DNA from: Chitinophagaceae bacterium
GTDB taxonomy: Bacteria; Bacteroidota; Bacteroidia; Chitinophagales; Chitinophagaceae
DNA: 64,000 nt
Assembly (NCBI GenBank): GCA_044348985.1
Contig: JBIKRV010000016.1
Coordinates: 5,725-69,724, forward strand
Reading direction: 5' to 3'
Within the stretch, counting starts at the first letter, position 1. Each line of letters begins with the position of its first letter. The notes under the pieces are model-generated. The model ran no database searches, was not told where the DNA came from, and saw only the letters and a list, made by a program, of their open reading frames with translations. A program made the position numbers and the translations under genes. Of the stretch, positions 47,874 through 54,923 are shown piece by piece.

Positions 47874-49016
47874 ATGCCTTTATTCGACGTTTACCCACTT
47901 AACCCAATCACCATTACAAGAGCCCATGGTTCTTATGTTTGGGACGATAGCAATACCAGATATTTAGACATGTATGGCGGTCATGCAGTAATTAGCATTG
48001 GTCATACACACCCTTATTGGGTAGAAGCTATTAAAGAGCAAATGGATAAAATATCTTTTTATTCCAATTCAGTTGTTATGCCTATTCAACAGCAATTGGC
48101 TGAAAAATTAGGTAAGGTTTCGGGTAAAGAAGATTATCAATTGTTCTTATGCAACAGTGGTGCCGAGGCCAATGAAAATGCCATTAAACTAGCCAGCTTT
48201 CATAACGGAAGAAAAAAAGTAATTGCTTTCAGTAAATCATTTCATGGTCGTACCTCATTAGCAGTTGCTGCAACCGATAATAAAAATATTGTAGCACCAG
48301 TGAATGAAACGGATAATATTATTTTTCTTCCTTTTAACGATGAAGCTGCATTACAACAATGCTTTAATAAACAAGGCAATGAAATTTCATCTGTAATCAT
48401 CGAAGGTATTCAAGGAGTTGGTGGCATTAATGTTGCCAATAATTCTTTCTTAAAACTCATTAGAACTTTGTGTGATCAATACAATGCAATTTATATTGCT
48501 GATAGTGTACAATGTGGTTACGGACGTAGTGGTAAATTCTTTGCACATGATTATGCAGGCGTAAATGCCGATATTTATTCTATGGCAAAGGGCATGGGCA
48601 ATGGTTTTCCAATTGGTGGTATTTTAATTGCTCCAAAACTGCATGCCAAACATGGTATGTTGGGTACAACTTTTGGTGGCAATCCATTAGCTTGTGCTGC
48701 TGCAATTGCTGTGATAGATGTATTAGAAGATGATAATTTAATTGCTAAATCGAATGAACTGGGTAATTATTTGATGGCTGAATTACAAAAAATTAAAGGC
48801 ATTATCAACGTTCGTGGTCGTGGTTTAATGATAGGTTTTGAAATGACAGAAGCATTAAAAGATTTAAAAAAACAATTGCTATTCGATAGAAAAATATTTA
48901 CAGGAGAAGCCAAACCCAATGTAATTCGATTACTTCCGTCTTTAGCAATTACTAAAGATCAAGTAGATGTATTTTTACAAAACGTACGAGAGTTGGCAGC
49001 AGTTGCAAAAGCATAA
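47874..49016 (+). CDS. argD: acetyl/succinyl-ornithine aminotransferase (class III PLP aminotransferase)
   Basis: Class III aminotransferase layout (GGHAVISIGH, NSGAEANE, DSVQCGYGRSGKFF, SMAKGMGNGFPIGG) within the arg operon. Confidence 0.88.
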   Translation: MPLFDVYPLNPITITRAHGSYVWDDSNTRYLDMYGGHAVISIGHTHPYWVEAIKEQMDKISFYSNSVVMPIQQQLAEKLGKVSGKEDYQLFLCNSGAEANENAIKLASFHNGRKKVIAFSKSFHGRTSLAVAATDNKNIVAPVNETDNIIFLPFNDEAALQQCFNKQGNEISSVIIEGIQGVGGINVANNSFLKLIRTLCDQYNAIYIADSVQCGYGRSGKFFAHDYAGVNADIYSMAKGMGNGFPIGGILIAPKLHAKHGMLGTTFGGNPLACAAAIAVIDVLEDDNLIAKSNELGNYLMAELQKIKGIINVRGRGLMIGFEMTEALKDLKKQLLFDRKIFTGEAKPNVIRLLPSLAITKDQVDVFLQNVRELAAVAKA

Positions 49017-49020
49017 TTTT

Positions 49021-49071
49021 TTATGAACTGAGCATTGGTACAATGCCCAACTGTAGTGGCGTCGCACACTT
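49021..49071 (+). repeat. post-gene interspersed repeat (TTATGAACTG...AACTGTAGTGGCGTCGCACACTT), copy 1
   Basis: Shares ttatgaactg and aactgtagtKgcgtcgcacactt with 56038-56065. Both lie just after a stop codon (argD and argE). Confidence 0.7.
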
Positions 49072-49147
49072 GTACATTAGAATATAGCTGAACTGTTATA
49101 AGCCTCGATTTGTGTCCACATGAATCGAAATAAAAATTTAAAATATT

Positions 49148-50386
49148 ATGATTCAATACAATCGTTTTACACTTTCTAACGGACTAAAAGTTTTGGTGCA
49201 TGAAGATAGCAGCACGCCAATGGCTGTAGTAAATATCATGTACAATGTGGGTGCTAGAGATGAAAACCCCAACCAAACAGGCTTTGCTCATTTGTTTGAA
49301 CACTTGATGTTTGGTGGCAGTATTAACATTCCAGATTATGATGAGCCATTACAACGTGCAGGTGGAGAAAACAATGCTTACACCACCAACGACTTAACCA
49401 ATTATTACTGCACTTTACCAGCAGAAAATATTGAAACTGCATTTTGGTTAGAAAGTGACCGCATGTTGAGTTTGGCTTTTAGTGAAAAGAGTTTAGAAGT
49501 GCAACGCAAAGTGGTTTGCGAAGAGTTTAAAGAACATTACATTAACAAGCCTTATGGCGATGTATGGAATAAAATGCGAAACTTAGCTTACGATGTGCAT
49601 CCTTATAAATGGATGACCATTGGCAAAGAATTAAGCCATGTTGAAAATGCAATGATTGAAGATGTAAAAGCTTTTTTCTTTAAGTTCTATCGTCCATCAA
49701 ATGCAATTTTGGTAGTTGCAGGAAATGTACAAACAGCCGACGTAAAGCGATTGGCAGAAAAATGGTTTGGCGATATTCCGAGTGGAGAAAAATACGAAAG
49801 AAATTTGCCACAAGAACCCAAACAACAACAAGCCAAATTTTTAGAAGTAAAAGCCGATGTACCTTTAGATGCGTTGATTAAAACCTGGCATATCGAAGCT
49901 CGTTTAACCAAAGGCTATTATGTAGCTGATTTAATTACTGAAGTTTTAGGTGGTGGTGGTTCATCTCGTTTGTATCAGTCGTTGGTAAAAGAAAAACAAT
50001 TGTTCAGCAATTTAGATTGTTACCACTTTGGAAGTGTTGAAGCTGGTTTATTGGCCATTGAAGGGAAACTGGTGAAAGGCATAAAAATGGAAGATGCAGA
50101 AAAAGCAGTGCAGGAAGAATTGGAAAAAATAAAGACCACTTTAATTAGCGATGCTGAATTACAAAAAGTAATTAATCGTACCGAAAGTGTGATTACGTTT
50201 GAAGACATGGGTGTTATGAGCCGAGCCAATAGCTTAGCCATGTATGAATTATTAGGTGATGCAGAATTAATGAATACAGAGTTTTCGAAGTATCAAGAAG
50301 TTACTATTCAAGATATTCAGCAGTATGCACAAAAAATATTTGATGACAAAAACAGTAGTACGATACATTACTATAGTAAAAATTAA
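49148..50386 (+). CDS. M16 (pitrilysin) family zinc peptidase, active subunit
   Basis: HxxEH zinc motif HLFEHLMF. 412 aa. Confidence 0.9.
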   Translation: MIQYNRFTLSNGLKVLVHEDSSTPMAVVNIMYNVGARDENPNQTGFAHLFEHLMFGGSINIPDYDEPLQRAGGENNAYTTNDLTNYYCTLPAENIETAFWLESDRMLSLAFSEKSLEVQRKVVCEEFKEHYINKPYGDVWNKMRNLAYDVHPYKWMTIGKELSHVENAMIEDVKAFFFKFYRPSNAILVVAGNVQTADVKRLAEKWFGDIPSGEKYERNLPQEPKQQQAKFLEVKADVPLDALIKTWHIEARLTKGYYVADLITEVLGGGGSSRLYQSLVKEKQLFSNLDCYHFGSVEAGLLAIEGKLVKGIKMEDAEKAVQEELEKIKTTLISDAELQKVINRTESVITFEDMGVMSRANSLAMYELLGDAELMNTEFSKYQEVTIQDIQQYAQKIFDDKNSSTIHYYSKN

Positions 50387-50413
50387 TTTGTAGATTTGGG
50401 AAAATAACATGTT

Positions 50414-50602
50414 ATGTCAATTACAAAAACACAAATCATAGAAGCTATCCAAGCAATGCCTAAAGAGGAGTTTACAGATATTGATGAGGTATTGGAAGAA
50501 ATTGTTTTGTTGGATAAAATTGAACAGGGTTTAGAAGCAATGAGAAAAGGAGAAGTTGTATCGGAAACAGAAGCTCATAAAATAATGGATGCATGGCAAT
50601 AG
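50414..50602 (+). CDS. type II antitoxin (partner of ParE-like toxin)
   Basis: 62 aa, acidic. Overlaps the toxin start by 10 nt. Confidence 0.6.
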   Translation: MSITKTQIIEAIQAMPKEEFTDIDEVLEEIVLLDKIEQGLEAMRKGEVVSETEAHKIMDAWQ

Positions 50603-50904
50603 TAAATTATACGCTACCAGCATTACAGGATTTGAAAGACATACGTGATTACATTGCTAAAGATTCTGTTGTTAACGCAAAACGTTTTATTCAAGCTATA
50701 AAAGACCACATTACAATACTCAATAAATATCCTGAAATAGGTAATCAAGTTTTTCCAAATCGATATAACAACCTAAGACAGTTACTACACAAAGCTTATC
50801 GTATTATTTATTATTATGAAAATGATGTTGTAACTATTATAACAATTCATCATCAATCAAGATTAGTCGAAAACATAAAAGTTGTAAAAGACTTTACAAA
50901 ATAA
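50593..50904 (+). CDS. ParE/RelE family toxin (plasmid-stabilisation type)
   Basis: ALQDLKDIRDYIAKDS...AKRFIQAIKDHITILNKYPEIG...YRIIYYYENDVVTIITIHHQSR is a ParE-like pattern. Confidence 0.8.
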   Translation: MAIVNYTLPALQDLKDIRDYIAKDSVVNAKRFIQAIKDHITILNKYPEIGNQVFPNRYNNLRQLLHKAYRIIYYYENDVVTIITIHHQSRLVENIKVVKDFTK

Positions 50905-50905
50905 A

Positions 50906-52186
50906 ATGACAAACAGAACACAAGCCCCCAACATATTAGATGCAGTTGAATTAGACTTGCAACTAAAACCTATAGAACAATTTAAACTAGATAATCAAGT
51001 GCCTGTTTATGCCTTTGATGGTGGTGCACAAGATGTACTGCTAGTTGAATTTGTTTTTTATGCAGGCAACTGGTACGAGGATAAAAATATTGTTGCCGGC
51101 ACTACCAACTTTATGTTGAAGAATGGCACAAAAAATAAATCGGCTTTTGCTATAAACGATCATTTTGAATTTCATGGTGCTTTCTTAAATAGAAATTGTT
51201 ACAATGAAACTGCAACTGTTACGCTGCACACGTTAAATAAACATTTACCAAAATTATTACCAGTAGTAGCAGAGCTTTTTACAGATAGTATTTTCCCCGA
51301 AGAAGAACTGGCTATTTACAAAAAAAATCAAAACCAGCGTTTAGAAGTTAGTTTAAAAAAATGCGATTTTGTTGCCAACCGTTTAATTGATGAATATGTA
51401 TATGGGTTGCATCATCCTTATGGAAAATATACTTCTACTGTAGATTATGATGCTTTGCAAAGAGAAGAATTGGTAAAGTTTTATCAAGAATTTTATACAC
51501 ATGGCAAGTGCATGATTTTTGTTGCAGGAAAATTACCTGCCGATATACAAGAGCAACTGAATAACAACTTTGGTCAATTACCTTTCAGTCCTCAAAAAAA
51601 CAGTGAAAGAGCTTACAATATTGCACCAGCAACAGAGAAAAAGCAGCTTATTATTAACGATGAAAATGGTGTGCAAGGTGCTATACGTTTGGCTCGTCCT
51701 TTTCCGAACAGGCACCATCCTGATTTTATGAGAGTGCAAATACTGAACAATATTTTTGGTGGCTTTTTTGGCAGTCGTTTAATGAGTAATATAAGAGAAG
51801 ATAAAGGTTATACCTATGGCATACATTCTTATGTACAAAACCACATTCATGAATCTGCCTGGATGATTAGTACAGAAGCTGGCCGTGCTGTTTGTGAAGC
51901 AACCATTGAGGAAACCTACAAAGAAATGGGCATTCTAAGAGATGAGTTGGTAGATGAAGAAGAACTAAACTTAGTGAGAAACTTTATGATGGGTAGCTTA
52001 TTAGGCGATTTAGATGGACCATTTCAAATTATTGCACGTTGGAAAAACTATATACTAAATAATCTTACTGAACAATATTTTTATAACTCTATCGAAACCA
52101 TAAAAACCATTAGTGCCGAAGAATTACAAGACTTGGCTAAGAAATATTTAAACCCTGAAGATTTTTATGAATTGACGGTAGTGTAA
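50906..52186 (+). CDS. M16 family peptidase-like protein, non-catalytic partner subunit
   Basis: M16 fold length and pattern without an HxxEH motif. Paired with 49148..50386. Confidence 0.8.
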   Translation: MTNRTQAPNILDAVELDLQLKPIEQFKLDNQVPVYAFDGGAQDVLLVEFVFYAGNWYEDKNIVAGTTNFMLKNGTKNKSAFAINDHFEFHGAFLNRNCYNETATVTLHTLNKHLPKLLPVVAELFTDSIFPEEELAIYKKNQNQRLEVSLKKCDFVANRLIDEYVYGLHHPYGKYTSTVDYDALQREELVKFYQEFYTHGKCMIFVAGKLPADIQEQLNNNFGQLPFSPQKNSERAYNIAPATEKKQLIINDENGVQGAIRLARPFPNRHHPDFMRVQILNNIFGGFFGSRLMSNIREDKGYTYGIHSYVQNHIHESAWMISTEAGRAVCEATIEETYKEMGILRDELVDEEELNLVRNFMMGSLLGDLDGPFQIIARWKNYILNNLTEQYFYNSIETIKTISAEELQDLAKKYLNPEDFYELTVV

Positions 52187-52198
52187 AATTAACAAATT

Positions 52199-52561
52199 AT
52201 GCAACAGTATATTACAAGAATACTTATCACCGCTGCAGCGGCTCTCATTGCTTCGTGGATGTTGAAAGGTGTAGAAATAGACAGTAGTTTAACTGCTATT
52301 TTAGTAGCTGTTGTATTAGGCTTATTGAACACTTTTGTAAAGCCAGTTTTAATATTACTAACCATTCCTATTACTGTATTTACGTTAGGCTTATTTCTGT
52401 TGGTAATTAATATTGTTATTGTAAAGTGGGTAGCCACATTGGTTCCAGGATTTACTGTTGCCAATTGGTGGGCTGCTTTGTGGTTTAGTATAATTGTATC
52501 TGTTTTTTCTACAGTTATTCAAAGCTTAGCCAAAACAAATAATATAGAAAATGAGGAGTAA
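52199..52561 (+). CDS. phage-holin-family / DUF360-like small membrane protein
   Basis: 120 aa with four TM segments. FVKPVLILLTIPITVFTLGLFLLVIN is typical of the PF04020 family. Confidence 0.65.
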   Translation: MQQYITRILITAAAALIASWMLKGVEIDSSLTAILVAVVLGLLNTFVKPVLILLTIPITVFTLGLFLLVINIVIVKWVATLVPGFTVANWWAALWFSIIVSVFSTVIQSLAKTNNIENEE

Positions 52562-52575
52562 AGAATAAAGCGTTG

Positions 52576-52632
52576 AAGCCGATATCTATCGGCTGTGCGA
52601 TACTTCGAGTTAGCTCAGTACAGGCTACACAA
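52576..52632 (+). repeat. ~60-nt interspersed repeat with AGCCGATAnCTATCGGCT palindrome, copy 2
   Basis: aagccgatatctatcggctgtgcgatacttcgagttagctcagtacaggct, matching 1994-2054. Confidence 0.7.
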
Positions 52633-52688
52633 TTGTTCAATAGTAATTCTGAAGTAGGCAAAATAATATTTATAAAAAACACAAATAA

Positions 52689-52710
52689 TCCCCCCTTTAG
52701 GGGATAGGAG
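52689..52710 (+). repeat. 21-nt GC-rich element, copy B (ends 1 nt before argF' ATG)
   Basis: tcccccctttaggggataggag, preceded by aataa as in copy A. Confidence 0.8.
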
Positions 52711-52711
52711 T

Positions 52712-53710
52712 ATGAAACAATTTATTTCTGTAAACGATGTTGCAAACATCAATGAATTGGTAGCAAAAGCATTGGCGTATAAAGCCAATCCTTTTGTTGA
52801 CAAAACCTTGGGAGCCAATAAACGTATTGGTTTATTGTTTTTAAATCCAAGTTTGCGTACACGTTTAAGTACACAGGTTGCTGCCAGTAATTTAGGCATG
52901 GAAGCCATTGTGTTCAATGTAGATAAAGAAGGCTGGGCATTGGAGTTTGAAGAAGGAGCAATTATGAGTGGCACAACTGTTGAACACATTAAAGATGCTG
53001 CACCAATTTTGGGGAATTATTTTGATATTTTAGCTATCAGAACATTTCCTTCTTTGGCTAACAAAGAAGATGATTACAGCGAAATGTACATTAAGCAATT
53101 TATAAAATATGCAGGTGTACCTGTGGTTAGTTTAGAGAGTGCAACCTTACACCCTTTACAATCACTTACAGATATCATTACAATTAGAGAAGATTTGAAC
53201 CTTAAACCTCAAACCTTAAACCTTAAACCTCGTATTGTTCTCACTTGGGCTCCACATGTAAAGCCTTTGCCACAATGTGTTGCCAATAGTTTTGCTCAAT
53301 GGATCAATGCATGGGGAGAAGCAGATTTTGTTATCACCCATCCTGAAGATTATGAACTGAGTGAAGAATTTACCAAAGGAGCTACCATAATACATAACCA
53401 AGATGAAGCCTTGAAAAATGCAGATTATGTGTATGTAAAAAACTGGAGTACGTTTACCGATTATGGCAAGATCTATGAAAATAATCCACGTTGGATGATG
53501 ACTAATGATAAGTTGGCTTTAACCAATAATGCCAAAGTAATGCACTGCTTACCAGTGAGAAGAAATGTTGAATTGAGTGATGAAGTTTTAGATGGACCTA
53601 ATAGTTTGGTAACACAAGAAGCAGGTAACAGAGTTTGGGCAGCACAGACAGTATTGAGTGAACTGCTAAGCCCCTATCCCCTAAAGGTGGACGATAACGT
53701 TCTACTATAA
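52712..53710 (+). CDS. argF': N-succinyl/N-acetyl-ornithine carbamoyltransferase
   Basis: FLNPSLRTRLS carbamoyl-phosphate motif and HCLPVRRN motif, within a Bacteroidetes-type arg operon. Carries an internal heptamer array and a C-terminal extension from element copy C. Confidence 0.88.
   Translation: MKQFISVNDVANINELVAKALAYKANPFVDKTLGANKRIGLLFLNPSLRTRLSTQVAASNLGMEAIVFNVDKEGWALEFEEGAIMSGTTVEHIKDAAPILGNYFDILAIRTFPSLANKEDDYSEMYIKQFIKYAGVPVVSLESATLHPLQSLTDIITIREDLNLKPQTLNLKPRIVLTWAPHVKPLPQCVANSFAQWINAWGEADFVITHPEDYELSEEFTKGATIIHNQDEALKNADYVYVKNWSTFTDYGKIYENNPRWMMTNDKLALTNNAKVMHCLPVRRNVELSDEVLDGPNSLVTQEAGNRVWAAQTVLSELLSPYPLKVDDNVLL
53197..53231 (+). repeat. tandem heptanucleotide repeat (AACCTTA x ~4.9) inside argF'
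   Basis: aacctta aacctca aacctta aacctta aacctc, translated as NLKPQTLNLKP. Confidence 0.85.
53671..53691 (-). repeat. 21-nt GC-rich element, copy C (reverse; in argF' 3' end)
   Basis: The reverse complement is tccacctttaggggatagggg, matching copy D at 20 of 21 positions. Translated as SPYPLKVD. Confidence 0.85.
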
Positions 53711-53720
53711 CGATTCTTTT

Positions 53721-54917
53721 ATGAAAGAAAATATGTTTTACGGAGCAAGCAATTTAATTTTTCAGCGTGCTGAAGAATTGAGGAATCGTATGACATCTGC
53801 TGAAGAATTATTGTGGAAGCAAATTCATATAAATGAGTGGAAACAGAAATTTAGGAGACAACATCCTATAGCAAACTATGTAGTTGATTTTTATTGTCAT
53901 GCTTTAAAGCTGGTGATTGAACTGGATGGCGGAATTCACGAAGTAGAAGATGTAAAAAAATATGACGAGTATAGGGAAGCACATTTGAAAGAATTAGGAT
54001 TAACTGTACTTCGATTTAAGAACGAAGAAGTGTTTAAAGAAAATAAATCAGTGCTAAAGACCATTGAAAATGTTGTGAATCAGCTTAAAAGTCCCCCTTT
54101 AGGGGATAGGGGCAAGGAGCAATTATACGTTATAAAAATTGGTGGAAATATTATAGATGATGAAAGTAAACTTGCGTCATTCTTACAATCATTTGCTACA
54201 ATTAAAGGAAAGAAAATATTAATCCATGGTGGTGGAAAATTGGCTACTAAAGTTGCAGAAGGAATGAACATTCAGCAACAAATGGTTGATGGAAGAAGAA
54301 TTACAGATGCCGAAACATTGAAGGTTGTTACCATGGTGTACGCAGGTTTTATCAATAAAAATATTGTTGCACAATTGCAAGCCAGTAACTGCAATGCTAT
54401 TGGACTGACAGGAGCAGATGGCAACGCAATACTTGCTCACAAACGTGTTTCTAGCTCCCCTTTAGGGGTTGGGGGCATTGATTATGGTTTTGTAGGAGAT
54501 GTTAATGCTGTAAATGCAGATTTACTGAACAGTTTATTGCAACAAAACATTGCAGTTGTTTTAGCTCCAATCACACACAATAAAGAAGGACAATTACTAA
54601 ACACCAATGCCGATACCATTGCCCAGGAAACAGCTAAAGCAATGAGTGCTTTATATGAAACTTCATTGATTTATTCTTTTGAAAAAGCTGGTGTATTGCT
54701 AGATGTGGAAGATGAAACAAGTGTAATTAACTCCATCAATCCAGCATCATATGAGTCTTTAAAAGAAAAGGGGGCAATTTTCGCTGGTATGATTCCAAAA
54801 TTAGACAATGCTTTTGCTGCTGTTGAAAGTGGTGTAAGCAAAGTGATTATTGGCAAAGCAGAACAATTACAACAACTGATAGATGGTACAGCTGGAACAA
54901 CCATCAACAACAAATAA
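53721..54917 (+). CDS. argB: DUF559 (Vsr-like endonuclease fold) domain fused in-frame to acetylglutamate kinase
   Basis: Residues 1-~125 carry LLWKQI...KFRRQHPIANYVVDFYCHALKLVIELDGGIHE...LGLTVLRFKNEEV (DUF559). Residues ~133-398 carry LYVIKIGGNIID, ILIHGGGK and DYGFVGDV (ArgB). There is no stop or canonical start codon between them. Confidence 0.85.
   Translation: MKENMFYGASNLIFQRAEELRNRMTSAEELLWKQIHINEWKQKFRRQHPIANYVVDFYCHALKLVIELDGGIHEVEDVKKYDEYREAHLKELGLTVLRFKNEEVFKENKSVLKTIENVVNQLKSPPLGDRGKEQLYVIKIGGNIIDDESKLASFLQSFATIKGKKILIHGGGKLATKVAEGMNIQQQMVDGRRITDAETLKVVTMVYAGFINKNIVAQLQASNCNAIGLTGADGNAILAHKRVSSSPLGVGGIDYGFVGDVNAVNADLLNSLLQQNIAVVLAPITHNKEGQLLNTNADTIAQETAKAMSALYETSLIYSFEKAGVLLDVEDETSVINSINPASYESLKEKGAIFAGMIPKLDNAFAAVESGVSKVIIGKAEQLQQLIDGTAGTTINNK
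54092..54112 (+). repeat. 21-nt GC-rich element, copy D (DUF559/ArgB junction)
   Basis: tccccctttaggggatagggg, translated as SPPLGDRG. Confidence 0.85.
54456..54475 (+). repeat. 21-nt GC-rich element family, copy E (inside ArgB domain)
   Basis: tcccctttaggggttggggg, translated as SSPLGVGG. Confidence 0.75.
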
Positions 54918-54923
54918 ATAATT

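Noticed and set aside
54099-54112. TTAGGGG/ATAGGGG words as telomere-like or G-quadruplex repeats
   Set aside because: There are only two G-runs per strand per copy, too few for an intramolecular quadruplex. The adjacent CCCCC makes a simple hairpin the more economical reading.
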